A stretch of 64,000 nucleotides of DNA, taken from NCBI RefSeq assembly GCF_964194155.1, contig NC_135884.1, forward strand, positions 37,820,001 through 37,884,000, in the 5' to 3' direction. Source of the DNA: Cetorhinus maximus. Lineage: Eukaryota. Below the pieces are notes generated by a model. That model did not search any database. It was not told where the DNA came from and saw nothing but the letters and a program-made list of their open reading frames with translations. A program made the position numbers and the translations under genes. Numbering within the stretch: position 1 is the first letter of the stretch; each line of letters opens with the position of its first letter. This document shows positions 37,357 to 50,655 of the stretch, piece after piece.

Positions 37357-40305
37357 CCTCCCCCCAAGTCTTTATCCAGCATATTTCAAGTTATTCTAGT
37401 TTACCCCTTGTACTTACATTATTATTACTACCCCATTTCCTCCCTTCAAATCTCTGAGTTCATAAGTTCAAGCGGTCTGGAGACCTTAAAACCCTTACCT
37501 ATCTGGTTCGCACTACTGTCGGAGGAGTGGTAGGCTCTGTTATTGCAGGTAAATTCTGTTGATTTGGAGATTATTCTGTCATCTGGGTATCTTCCTCCAT
37601 GTCTCTCCACTGAACTGTGGGAATGGGTGATCTAGGGATGAGGAGGAGACCCCTCTTGTTTTTCCTGACAGTACAGTTTGGGGTTCCAACCTCCCTGAGG
37701 TTGATTATCGTCCTTCCTGATTATAGTACCCTCTCTCTCTCTCGAGGTCTTTAATCCAGACCTTATCATCCTTTCATCATTCTGGCAAGTGTCTGGTGCG
37801 GTGCCTTTTGTTGTAGGCAGAAGCCTGCTTCTGCCGGTAGGACTGCTCTCTTGCTTGGATGTTCTGGTAATCTTTGGTTACCACCCTGGTATTAGTTTTT
37901 TTGTCAGGATTGGAAGTCATGCGCGGAGTTCCCTGCCCATCAGAAGTATGGCCACATTGTAACGGGGTAGACCTCAGGTTAGCACTGCTGTGGGAAAGTC
38001 CTCATTCTATTTTAGGAGGGCTTTTACAGGGCGAACCACTCTTTCGGCCTTCCAATTTGTGGGTATCTTGGGGAGCTGGTATGGTGGTGGAAGCGAGATG
38101 TGGTGGTGAAGTTTGCGAAGTGCTTATTTAAAAATTGTGAGCCATTATCGGACACAATCTCGTCTGGGATGCCGTGGCTCACGAACATCCCTTTCAGTGC
38201 CTTAATGACTGCCTCTGTGGTAGTCATATATAGTTGCTTCACTGCAACACATCTGGAAAAGTAATCCACCACTATAAAGAATGATTTGCTGTTGAAGACT
38301 AATACATTGATGCCCAGTCTCTCCCATGACCTAGTAGGGAACTGTGTGCGGATGAGGGGCTCTCTTTGGTCCTGCCTGTGCAACACACACCAGATAGTTT
38401 GCTATGGTGCCCTCAATCGCCTTGGAAATGCCTGGTCACCAGATAGTGTATTGGGTCCATGCCCTGCACTTGGTGATGCCAGGTGGCCCTGGTGCATTTT
38501 TTGAAGGATCTCTGGCTGAAAGGAAACTGGAGTGACCAGCCGCTCATTGTAGACCAGGGGATCATCTATGACCATAAAGTGTTTTTGTTGTTCGAACCAA
38601 GCTTTCATGGTACCACCATTTGGTCACTATTGTGTCACCCTTGTTGGCAGTTTAACAGTGGAGGTGGCCACATCATGCATTTGTTCCTGGCAAATCTGTT
38701 GGAGTTTATTAAGGGTTGCAGGCAGGTATCTCCTTGTCAATTGGAGGTACGCTTCCAGCTCTTTGATGAGATTGATGTCCCATTTGATCGAAAGGCCTAC
38801 TATGGCCCTGGAGAGTGCATCTGCCATTGCTTGGCTTTTACCTTGGGTGTATACCGTCTTGTATGCAAACCCCATGCGGCATAGGTGGAAATTGTGGACT
38901 CTGGGCAATCTTTGCCAGCTTCTTCTCATCCAGTAATGAGACTAGTGGTTTATGGTCTGTTTCAATTGTGACCTTGAGGCCGATGATATAGTCTGAAAAC
39001 ATCTTGCATGCCTCATGACTGTAAGGGCTTCCTTTTCCATGACGACTTACCTCATCTCTGTGTCTGACAGCCCTCTGGAAGCGTGGTAAACCAGCCGGCA
39101 ACTTCCATCCTGTTGTTCCACCCCAAGGCCTACGAACGAAGCATCCGCTGCTATGGTGGTGGGCAGGGATGGGTCGTAGTGGGCCAGAATGTCAGTGAAG
39201 AGCTGCATCACCTTGATGTGAGTGAATGCTTGCTCTTGATGCTCCCAGCACCATGCCTGGTCTTTCTTTAGCAGATGTCTCAAGGATTCAGTGACCTGCG
39301 GAGAATTTGGTAAAAATTTTTCCAGCTGCTTCACCATCCCCAAATATCACTGGAGGTCTGGAATCGAGGATGAGGTTGGAAACTTGCTAATGGATTTAGT
39401 TTTCTGTGGGTCTTCTGTGATGCCTTTATTGCTGACGATGCGGCCCAGGGACCAAATTAATGTTTTGGAGAACTCACATTTCTCATTTAGCGTCAGCCCT
39501 GCTTCCTACAGGCACCTTAAGACTGCTTGAGTCTTTTGCCATGTTCATCCACCATTGTACTTTGAGCCAATATATCCACACAGCAAATGATCCCCTGTAG
39601 GCCCAGCAAAATGGTCGGCATCATACTCTGAAGTGTTTCTGGTGCCGAAGTGATTCCAATTGACAGGTGGTTAAAGCAGAATCTGCTGAAGTGGGCAATG
39701 AATGTGGTCGGCAGCCTGGACTCTTCATCAAGGGGAAATTGCCAAAAGGTGTTGTTGGCATATAGCTTTGAAAATACCATGGCTTTTGCTGGTCTTTAAA
39801 CGTGATTCTTCCGAATTAAGTAATTAATTAATTTTCCCTCTCGGAATGAGCTCAGATGCCATGTGTTCAGGGAGCAACTTGGGAATTTGGTTTTTCCAAC
39901 AGAGTCTTCAAACAGCAATTTCTGGCCACTGAACTATTTAAGTTTCTCAGGGCTTACTTTATCCGGGAATTTAAAAGCTTTAGCTCACCCCTGCTAGATC
40001 TACTGACTCTGTACTCTGGGAATTGAAGCTGGACTTCCAAGAGATCCTATGGAGTCTTCTGCTGCCGTGAGGAAATTTAAATTTCCGCCTGCAGCTTCTA
40101 AGCCTTTCTTTGGAGCTTTTCCCTGGTGATTTTCCTCTGTGTGTTTGCTTCTCGAGATTTTTTTCAGATCAGGATGTTTCTTTAAATTTTTCTTTAGTCT
40201 TTCAGGATTTCAGTTTTTCTCTGCATTTTTTGCAAGGTTTTGGGTTTTTCCATTCACAGCCACTGTGTTTTAGGGTGCTGGATACTGTCCAGTAGGTCTT
40301 AATGA
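37357..40305 (-). mobile_element. Gypsy/Ty3 internal region (RT, RNase H, integrase), deleted, with a 5' LTR stub
   Basis: FSKL..FWQ.PL..GITSAPE (RT); ADASFVGLG, ETDHKPL (RNase H); VVDYFSR..GIPDEIVSDNG (integrase); 40266-40303 matches the LTR at 37081. Confidence 0.9.
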
Positions 40306-40372
40306 AGTGGTGTGCAGAGAGACTTGCATTTGTGAACAGTGAGTGGCTAGGACTATTGAGAGGGAGGGAGGG

Positions 40373-40743
40373 AGGCGATTGAGGGAACCATAGCAAACTG
40401 TGGTGTGTGTGCTGCACAGGCAGGACCAAAGAGAGCCCCTCATCCCCACAAAGTTCCCTACCAGGTCATGGGAGAGACTTGGCATCAATGTATTTGCTTT
40501 CAACAGCAAATCATTCCTTATAGTGGTTATAGTGGATTCTTTTCCAGATGTGTTGCAGTGAAGCAACTATATATGACTACCACAGAGGCAGTCATTAAGG
40601 CACTGAAAGGGATGTTCGTGAGCCACGACATCCCGGATGAGATTGTGTCCGATAATGGCTCACAATTTTTAAATAAGCACTTCGCAAACTTCACCACCAC
40701 ATCTGGCTTTCACCACCATACCAGCTCCCCAAGATACCCACAA
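40373..40743 (+). repeat. Inverted copy of integrase core 38057-38422
   Basis: Nearly identical peptide FSRCVAVKQLYMTTTEAVIKALKGMFVSH.IPDEIVSDNG..SSPRYPQ on the opposite strand. Confidence 0.93.
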
Positions 40744-41070
40744 GTGGCATCACTTGGGCAACAGAGGTCAGAGGAGGAAGCCCTGGTAAATGAACGAGCA
40801 CCAGCTGAGGGAATTGAGATGGGAGCAGGAGGCTATTCTGACATTGGAAAGAAGAGCAAGGAGGAGCTTCAGCGATACATCCTCCTGGTTAGGAGGAGGC
40901 CGAAGGAGCACCTGGCAGCTGCAATGGAAAGAAGGGAGGGACCTGGATGGCATCTTGCAGCTGGCAGGTCATCACACCATCAGGCAGGTCACAGATGCCC
41001 TAATCCAAAGGGTCAGGAATATATCCATTTTGGGACTGATGGGCCAGTGCAGGCACAGACAGCTGCCATT

Positions 41071-41917
41071 CTTACAATCCCCATAGAGACTGATAACTTG
41101 AAAACAGATTTGAACTCCCAACGACCAACATAAAGGAATCACACAAGAAGATTTCAAGTTTTAAGACCTTAATTGTAACAAACAAACTAGAATCAACATC
41201 AACTGAACATTACTTAGTGGGCAACTAATAATCTAAACTACAGAAAAGATAACCCTTATTAATGCCTTAATGCGACCAATAACCCAACACAGCATATATA
41301 TACATTACAGCACGCTTTCTCTGAATTGCAGTCTTTTCAGCAAACAGTTTAAAGTCAATCTCATATTCCAACGAATTTACTTCTCCCCATTTCAGCGAAT
41401 CGTAACATCCAGCGACCATTGAATGTCCTTCCCCTCAGTGTCCTGAGAATTCCTGAACCGATCTTTAGCAGTAATGCCCACTCCAGTGATGCCTTCTCCT
41501 AGACTCGCCAGAGCAAACCTTCCACTGTCCTTAAATCACTGCAAGTTCCTTCTCTTCAACCAGTGGACAAGTTTCACCCAGAATTCTGCCTGCTAGCCAA
41601 AAGAGAAAACAGCTTTTTCACTCTATTGATTGCAACAACAGAACTGCTCTTTCTCAGACAAAACGTCTGCAATAACAAGAATCTCTGCAATAACAAGAAG
41701 ATCTGCTTCTGCCTTTGTTTTCAGGTGTTAGACCATGCACATACATTTCAATAACACACGACCTGGGGCCACAGTCTCCACGGTAGCTAAACCACACAGG
41801 CTTATCGTCAGGCAGAACTTTAGCAGATCACATGACTCTCTTCATTTCTCAATTTTACCTTGAATTAAAAAGACAATCCAAAACATAATCCTCTTATAAA
41901 ACTTTGCATTCATAACA
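41071..41917 (-). mobile_element. Possible solo LTR
   Basis: Ends ..ttacaa / cataaca (tgttatg on minus); LTR-like composition; no TSD confirmed. Confidence 0.35.
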
Positions 41918-43439
41918 CCATTGATGAATTCCCTATGGTCCAGGGGTCATCAATTGTACCCAAGTAGCCATGAAGGCACTGACAGACCAGCCAGCCAGAT
42001 TCCACAGCCACGGAAAGCACATCAAGCAGGTCTATGCTTGGTTCCCATGCAGCTGCCCTCTGAAGCATTCCCAATATTTTCAGTTTTTGTTTCACATTTC
42101 CTGTAGCTGGAGTATTTTGCTTTTATTGAAGCAGTTTGTTTACCTGAAACAACTTACACACTCTTCTTGAATTGATGCACCCCAATTAAGTAAGCCAAAT
42201 TAACTTGGGCACAAATTGTGAAGAAAGAAGGGTGGAGAATTTCCAAGCCCATACAGAGGTATTGTTAGTCTAAGCAGCTGAATCTGAACACCAAACAGCT
42301 TATATGTTGGACCTCTTGGGATCTTTTGGAAGTTTGATTAGAGCATTTTTAATTTTGGAACAAAGTGAATGTTCTCTCTGTGGCATTAGCTCAGGTCAGC
42401 ATGAACAAGAACAAGAACAAGGATCGTAGATTGCAGGCAATAGGAGACACTGGTGTCAGGGTATTAGTGGCAGTATGAGTACAGCCTAAAGCTTAGCAGC
42501 TACATGTCAGACAAACTGAAAGGCAAATTAGTCACATTCAATCTGCAATTTAGGTAACATGTCAAAGCTGTGGGTGATCAATTGTGATTCTAGCGTATAC
42601 TTCACCAAACCTACACCTCTGCCTTGGTCTCTTAATGCAGCCTTCTAACAGTTCTTTTATAATGCTCAATGGTCAATAGAGTCACTTAAACTGTGTAAAT
42701 TATTGCAACAAGGCTGCCTGACTACTTAGTCATTATTTTAGTTCTTTCTTTTAAATATCAGTACATTGAAGAGCAAAACTAAAGTGTTTATGTAGCAAAC
42801 TTGTTATTAACTCTCTGAACCTTGTTTATTGTTTGCAAAATACATTGATGTGACATTTGTAATCCTGCAGATTTTGCACGTTTTAACAAAGCACAAAAGA
42901 ATGTGAAATCATGACACCAGGTGAAAGTAATTATGCTTATTTTACTAACATCTATAAACATTGTGACTACATCAGTTTTGCAGTACTATAAATTGCACAA
43001 ACGTCTGTTTAAGATATTTGCAGTTTTGCCAACAAAATAATGAAAATAATGTCTGCCCACTGCTGTTACATGTAATAGTAGCAGTGTACTTAATGTTCAA
43101 GACACCAAATAAGTTGATCACCCATTATCATAAAAACTTTACCACATTATGCTGTGACGCTTTCTTCCATCAAATTTTTTCCAATTAAGCCCAGATTCTT
43201 GATAAAAGTCAGTTAACAGAATGTTTTATAATGGGTATTTGCTGCTAATTATGAGGTTATTAGTACACATAAGACAAAATCACAGATGCTTTCCCAGCTT
43301 AAAACATCAATCTTTACTTATCCTTTTTACAATTAACCATTTTATTAATTAAGACACATATGATGGACCAAATGGCCTCCCCTTAACTGGATGATACAAT
43401 TAGTGTACTGATCAGAACTAATCCAAGGTTTAAGTGATA

Positions 43440-44095
43440 GGTCCCCCTTGTCCTCACTTATCACCCCACCAGCCTCCACATTCAAAGGATCATCCTCCGC
43501 AGTTTCCGCCAACTCCAGCATGATGCCACCACCAAACACATCTTCCCTTCAACCCCCCTGTCGGCATTCCATTGGGACCGTTCCCTCTGGGACACCCTGG
43601 TCCACTCCTCCATCACCCTCTACACCTCAATCCCCTCCCACGGTACCTTCCCATGCAACCGCAGAAGGTGCAACACTTGCCCCTTTACTTCCCCCCTCCT
43701 CACCATCTAAGTGAAGCAGCACTCCACTTGCACTTCCCTCAATTTAGTCTACTGCATTCGCTGCTCCCAATGCGGTCTCCTCTACATTGGAGAGACCAAA
43801 CGCAGACTGGGTGACCGCTTTGCGGAACATCTTCAGTCTATCCGCAAGCATGACCCAGACCTCCCCGTCGCTTGCCATTTCAAACACCACCCTGCCCTCA
43901 TGCCCACATGTCCATCCTTGGCCTGTTGCAATGTTCCAGTGAAGCTCAACACAGACTGGAGGAACAGCACCTCATCTTCCAATTAGGCACTTTGCAGCCT
44001 TCCTGACTTAACATTGAGTTCAACAATTTCAGATCATGAACTCTCTCCTCCATCCCCACCCCCTTTCCGATCCCCCTTTTTCCAATAATTTATAA
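43440..44095 (+). mobile_element. Penelope-like element 3' part (GIY-YIG endonuclease)
   Basis: VPLVLTYHP; C..C..C zinc motif; LVYCIRCSQCGLLYIGETKRRLGDRFAEH. Confidence 0.92.
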
Positions 44096-44639
44096 TTTTA
44101 AAAATTATTTTTAACCTAAAAGTTTTATTTCAAATACATATGAATCATAAAATTAGATATTCATAACAGTATAAATATAGTCATTCCAGCAGTTCCTAAT
44201 GGATACCCTACAAACAAGATGAAAAGAAGTACATTGGCCAGTCCTTGTCCTTTATGTTGCTATGGATATGAGCTTGCTGATACCTAAGTGACAATCACAA
44301 GCCAACATTTTTACAGTTGGAAACAAATTCAAGAGGAAGTGGGAGATGCAGACCATGGCGCTAATATCCCTTTGATTTGCAGTGGTTTCTATGGTGACAT
44401 AGCAGCCTGCGTAATGCTACTTTATTGATGTAGTCCAATATTCCATTCAACAGCGACAATATGCTGAATAATGACAGCTGGGAGGAAGCAGAAAGCTAGA
44501 ATAGATAGGCCTCAAATCATGAGAGTATAGCTGAAATATTCTCCACCCTCATTTTTCCCCTTTCCTCCACTTCTGTCATGAACGTTAGGATACAGGTCTT
44601 TAAATACTTTTTTTATATATAATCTTTAGAATGATCGAC

Positions 44640-44991
44640 CTAAACGGAGTTGGTGTATTTGGTGACCACTTTGGTGCCTTCGGAGATGGCATGTTTGGCC
44701 AGTTCCCCTAGCAGCATGAGGCAGACGGCGCTCTGGACCTCCCTGGCCAAAATGTGGTGCTTGTTGTAATGAATGAGATGCGAAGCCTCGGAAGCAATGA
44801 AGGATTTCATAACACTCGTGACCTTGGAGAGATCCTGCTGGAAAGGTGGACCTGAGTCAGCACCCTGTACACGTAAGTGGAATAGCTCTGCCAGTGAGAT
44901 TTCCTCCACTTCTTGGGCACTTTAGTCAGCGACTGCTTCGACACCTTGCAGGACACCCACTGCCCTTTGCTGCAGCCACCACCTTAGGCAT
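44640..44991 (-). pseudogene. Histone H2B pseudogene (divergent variant type)
   Basis: ATG at 44991; [14 protein letters not shown]; [40 protein letters not shown]; frameshifts and a deletion of the DIFER segment; no 3' stem-loop. Confidence 0.9.
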
Positions 44992-45022
44992 TCCATTCAA
45001 CTTGGACCAACTCAAGTCAGCT

Positions 45023-45440
45023 GTTTTTCATTCATGGGATGTGGGATATTGTCAGGTGTCAGCTGTGGCTCAGTTCATAGCACCCTCGCCTTTGAATCAG
45101 AGGGTTGTGGGTTCATGTCCCACTCCCGGAAAACCAAGTACTGTGATTGTACTCGAAAGAAGTTGCAATCTGTGACTGTTGGTAACTCGAAAGAGTTTCA
45201 GAGAGGCAGTTAAGAGTCAATCACATGCTGTGCATGGAGTCACATGTAGGCCAGGCCAGGACAGCAGATTTCCAAATGGGTTTTTACAACAATCAACAAT
45301 GGTCTCATGGTCATTATTAGACTTTTATTTCCAGATTTTTATTGAATGCTGTGGTGTGATTTGAACCCAGGTCCCTGGGGCATTACCCTGGGTCTCTATT
45401 ATTAGTCGAGCAACAATACCACTAAGCTATCACATCCTCT
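45023..45440 (-). mobile_element. Family-A SINE interrupted by a + strand SINE head (45055-45130)
   Basis: Matches 58783-59180; insert tgtggctcagt..gggttcatgtccc has A and B boxes. Confidence 0.75.
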
Positions 45441-45464
45441 ATAAGCTTGGTCTTTAACTACTAA

Positions 45465-45786
45465 AAACCCGCTAATACCTCACCCAACTGGCCATTCTTC
45501 ATTTGTGAACCTAGACACTTGACAGATTAATTGTCTGGAGGGAGGGATCACACCCAAGCTTCATCCTGTCTTCACCCGCTGTTCCCATGCACACATCTTG
45601 CAGCAGTAACCCAGGATCAGGTGCCCTGTCACATTTTCTTTTTCGGATGCTCAAGCCAATATTAACAACCTTACTGCCGCTCCAGATGACATCAGTTAAC
45701 TTTGTTAGACCAGAAATTGAACCTGTGACTTTCCTGGGCTGTGTGGCTCAGTTCCACACTGGGCAATACAGTCAAATAGTGAGCCC
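45465..45786 (-). mobile_element. Ancient tRNA-SINE, AmnSINE2-like
   Basis: Minus strand gtgtggaactgagcc..caggttcaatt..gggtgaagacaggat..tgtctaggttcacaaatgaagaatggcc resembles the AmnSINE2 consensus as I recall it. Confidence 0.5.
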
Positions 45787-46797
45787 CAAAATGACTTTTA
45801 AATTCTCTCAAACCTGGGGTGAAGTTACAGACTTAAATATATTCTAGAACATATATTGTTTCACCTAAGAAAAATTGTTACATTTTCTTTAAGAAGAGGC
45901 ATAATTAAATATACATTTTCTCAAAGTTCCTAAACAGCTACTGCAAGCTAATGCTAAGTGGTCAGTTTTGTTGCGGTCACATTACCAACTTAAATGCTTT
46001 TTGTGCTATTAGCATTAAATGAATGTCACATGACCGACAGCATATTATTCAGGTGTTGCACAGTGCACTCTTTACAACCCAAGTTTAACCTCCATGGCCT
46101 GACCTCTGCTCTCAAATACCTAACAGCGTGCACCATGTTTATTATTTGCATTGAGCACATCAAAACACTCTTACACTTCTCTTTATGAAAGGGACCACAA
46201 TCCACAGCTAAAAGCTATTCCACAGAGAAACCAGACTTATTTATCCCTGTCTCTTTTGTGATCTGATCGAGCTTGTGCAAGGTAATGTGGATGGATGGTA
46301 CATGGCATAGCAGAATATTTGTCAAATATAAACCTAGGCTATGATGAGAAGGTTTGTACAGTGTTCAGGCTTACCAATAACTCCATATAAAAGGTCTAAA
46401 AGATATAAGATCCTTTTGGGCTTCCATGTTTCTCAGTCATAGATAATATTAATCTGATTTCTCAGTGACTAAAACTTAGCCACTTCTGGATATGCTCAGG
46501 CACATCCTGGTTGCGTTTAAACTGTCTAAGATGGTGTCATAAAAACTTCATGTTGGCATTAATACATGGACAGGAAAAACTGCATTGTTTAAAGAATTGC
46601 AAAGCAGGACCATCACTCTGTATGGAACATTTTGACCCACCCAGAAGAAAAACACTAAAAACTGGGAAATAAAAATACTGGACCAAACTGGTCTTGTATA
46701 CCTTAAAGTGAAACGCCAGTAAAAACTGGAAAATAAGAGTACTGGTCCGAACTGATTTTTCCTTCTGCACAGCCCCTGATAGGCAGGCTGAGTCCAT

Positions 46798-47243
46798 GGG
46801 CAGAATCTTGTGGAGGTGACCGGAGTCTTGGCCGCCAACTGGAGAGAATGGGAGCCCCATGTCAGCTCTTTTCAGGAATGCCCATCGCATCTTGTTCCAC
46901 TCAGGCACATGACAGAAAAGCTGCGGGCATTCTCCAGGGATCAAGGGCACCAGTGGTGGGGGGCAGAAGTCCTGTCCACCAAGAGCTGCTGGCTAATCAG
47001 AGGATAACAGCTCTGTAATGCCACTGGGGAGGCAAAGCAGTGGCTGCAGCCAGTACATCTCCCACTGAGGCCGAGGATCATCGGTGGATCCCAGGCCAGA
47101 GGTGAGTGATGGCGGGAGGGAGGTGGCAGGGTGGGGGTTTGCGGGGAGGGGGTTCAGCAGAAAGTTCAGGGAGTGGCTCTCAGCAGGCTCCCCTCTTCCC
47201 GATGCCGGGTCCCTTGATCAGGCACTGAGTGCCTTTGAATGGC
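46798..47243. mobile_element. Harbinger-type non-autonomous fragment
   Basis: Begins gggcagaatc like the other ends; GC-rich island; second end not found. Confidence 0.45.
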
Positions 47244-48944
47244 ATAGACTGAGTTAGAATCCAAGTTATATGGACAGCTTGGAAATGAAAAGGTGTACTT
47301 TGCAATACACATTCAAAAATGACAGAATACACTAAAAATGTCTCAGATTATCAGAGAAACAAAACAAAGATTACAACAGCAAACACTAGGGGCTAAACTG
47401 CAACTATGGTAGTGATTATGACAAGCTGAAATCACTTTCCTAGTATTACAAAATGCAAGTCAGTAACTTTTTGGGCTGGATGTCTGAAGGTCTATTGTGG
47501 CAGGATATCAGTTATTCCACATGATGACTTCTGCTTTGTTTGAGGTGTTTCAGTGGGGACAGTAAATTGAACAAGTCAATATAATATTGCATACCTCATA
47601 ACCAGTTTTGTGCTTCATTTACAGAGGAGTGGGAACTACTCATCTCTGATCATTAAGCTAGGAAAGGTAAGAAATGTTCAACTTATTCTACTTTTTAAAT
47701 TTTAAAATATACAGTTGATAGGAGAATTTTAATAATGTAAGTTTCTTACAATCCACTTCATCAGCAATAAAAGAAGCATTTGTGGGAACAGGCAGCACAT
47801 CAAAAAACAGCTATTTAAAATCAATAGAAAGGAAGGTTTTGTTCAACCCACTTTTATTTGGTTTGAATCATATTAATTTGCTCCCATTTGATACTTGAAA
47901 ATAAATTAGTTAGTGGGAGACAGAAAACATTTAAATTAGTAACAACATGTTCATTTAAGTCGTTGCCACTCAAGTGTTGAAGCTGTTTTTGCATGAAACA
48001 CTTCCTATTCACAAATGTCTTTTTATTTTTCATAATAATATAATTTGATGGTTATAATATACATTTACAATGTTAAATGCATACTATAGCACCCTATTGC
48101 TGTGAGCACAAAATAATTAAAGTTTTTCTGAAGCAAATTTAGTTGATTTGCATTTGACATGCAAGATGTAAAAGCACTATAATTTAGTTAAAGCTGCAAA
48201 AATCAAAGACTAGGGAATGGCATTTTGGCATGTTATTATTTGGTGCGATTATAAATTCACGGCTGTGAAAAGAACTACACATTAATTGCATTAGCCTTAC
48301 AGACCATAATGTGTACTCAACTACTTTGGAAGATTCTTATGCAGTACTGGTAATGGAATACTGTGTATAGTTCTGCTTACCAAAGGAAGGAAACACCTTC
48401 CTTAGAGGGGTTCACTTAATTGATTAACGGAAATCAGCGATCCCTCCAGAACACTTCAATATTACTAGGCTGTCAAATCATGACGCTCTAGTCTGTGTTG
48501 TAAAGCACTAGTCTCCCATTCTTGGCACTTGAGTTAGAAACTCAGTCTCACCAATATTAGCACTTGGACGTTCTTAATGGAAGTGCTTTGCAGAATCCCT
48601 GCTATTCCATAACAAATAGCATTATTACAAAGAACAATAATCTAAGGAGGAATGAGAGAACCTTCTGATCGCCAATATGAAGTTACATTAATGGTGTATA
48701 TGGAATCTATAGCCCAGATTACTGCACATCATTTTCAACTGAAGAAAAGCAATGTGGATGGTGGGGAGACAGCTATAATCTAAATGCTGGAAGCAGAACA
48801 AGGGAAAAAACACATTTTTACATAATTAATGAATACTAAGTTTCCGTTTTCTTTAAACCTCCCTACTGAATAAATAAGAACAACATCACCTCTATGTCCC
48901 ATAGCACAAGGAAATTTGAGAACATCCACAGCACAAAATAATTA

Positions 48945-49360
48945 GACTTGCTTATAAATAGCAAGTTGCATGATCTCAGGGCATCCCAAAATGCTTCACA
49001 GCCAATCAAATAATTTAAGTGCAGTCACTGTAGTAATATAGGAAAACACAGCAGCCAATTTGCACACAATAGGTTCCAAATACAGCAATGAGATAAAACA
49101 CCAGATATTATGTTTTGGCAACGTTGCCTGAAGGATAAATATTAACCAGGGCATCAAGATAACTTGCCTGCATTTCTTCGAATACTGCCAGGGTTGGAGA
49201 GGGGTTGGGGTAATTACGTCTACCTGTGGGAGCATAGAGGGCCTCAATTTAACATCTCATCTGAATGGCAGCAATTCCAATTGTGCAATCCACCCTCAAC
49301 TATTGCCTGAAGTATTTGCCGAATCCTGGAGTGGGATTTAAATATAGAACCACTGACTCA
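48945..49360 (-). mobile_element. DeuSINE (SacSINE1-like) with L2-type tail
   Basis: Deu-domain-like gatgagatgttaaattgaggccc..aatatttatcc; tail resembles the L2 3' end. Confidence 0.7.
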
Positions 49361-49714
49361 AAAATCTTGGATAGTTTATCAGCCATCAAGACCTTCTGAG
49401 TTTGATATTTGTATTTCAATCATTTAAGAAGTCATACGTACACTACCTAAATCTCCAGTAAGAATTCAAGTTTTAGCTCTGATTTACAAAGAATGGCAGG
49501 TTGTTATATATGTATATATATATATTATTATTGATTGGGGAACCATTGTTAGGATTATTTTGCTCCATCCAAATATATATAAAGCAGTCTAATTTTAACT
49601 GCAAGCTTTTCCAAGTAGAATTTAAAGAGTCCCAATTTATAAAGGAAAAAAATCATACATGACACGCAGTTTAGAATTATGTTTAATTACTTTTATTACT
49701 TTAATTACTAAAGA

Positions 49715-49926
49715 TTTTTTATGCAGTGAGTCATTAGCATTGCCAGAGAGTGTGTTGGAGACATATTCAATTGTAGAATTGGATAATTATCTGAAGAGGA
49801 AAAAATTTCAGGGCTATCGGGAAAACTTAGGGAATGGGACTAAGTAAGCTGCTCTTACAGAGAGCTGCATGTACACAATGGGCAGAATGACCCCCTTCTG
49901 TACTGTAACCATTCTATGATTCTATG
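49715..49926 (+). mobile_element. CR1 3' tail
   Basis: ..tgtactgtaaccattctatgattctatg tail. Confidence 0.7.
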
Positions 49927-49934
49927 AAAGGAGA

Positions 49935-50655
49935 AGAACTTGTATTAAAATAAAATATTTTATGTCCTTAAGATATCCCAAACAAGTCAATTGTTTACTT
50001 TCAAAAGTAGTCATCAGAGAATTTGCGCACATGGTCTCATTAATGACAATGAGATAAATGGTGGTTTTGGTCAAGGGAAAAATGTTGACCAGTTCATCAG
50101 GAAAAGTCTTCATCTTTAAACATTGCCATGGAATCTTGTATTTTCACCTGAGAAGATAGACAGGCCTTAGTTTAACACTTCAGCTGAAAGACAGTGGCCT
50201 ACAAATTTGATGGCATGGCGTTTAATGTAGCGTGCGCTTGCCCAGTCCACACCTGAAGTTGCATCAGAAGAGAGTAACTCCTCCTGGTTCCAAATTAAAA
50301 CTTGGAATGCTGCTGGCCAGCATGTCTTCCAACTGACTGCATCCACCCTTTTGGACTCAGGGCCCTCATCTAGGTTGGCCAATCTGGGTTTCCCCCTCAT
50401 TCCCCTGCCCCAGAGAGCTGCCTCTGGGCTTGACATAGTAATGAAGCCAGTAGCCCAATTTTTCGTGGTCCAGCCATCAGCCTCATTAGGTGCATGTGCT
50501 GGATCCAGATTTCCCACTTTGGTCAGAATCCAATTCCTAGGCTAGCATCTCCAACAATGCAGTACCACCTCTGTATTACATTGAAGTATCAAGCTAGATT
50601 ACTGGGGCTTGAACCCATGATCTCCTGACGAAGTGGCAATGAGCTAATCTGACAT
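49935..50655 (-). mobile_element. DeuSINE split by a MITE-like insert (50196-50543)
   Basis: Colinear with 48945-49360 on either side of the insert; insert ends ggcctacaaatt / aattcctaggct, flanks AGT/AGC. Confidence 0.55.

Noticed and set aside
40405-41133. Domesticated integrase gene
   Set aside because: Partial core only, GTG start, and a chimera produced by local duplication.
46657-46760. ~40-bp imperfect direct repeat
   Set aside because: Only two degenerate units with no further structure.
47625-47666. 42-nt plus-strand exon (RSGNYSSLIIKLGK)
   Set aside because: Good splice signals, but isolated and in sequence that looks like an old repeat.
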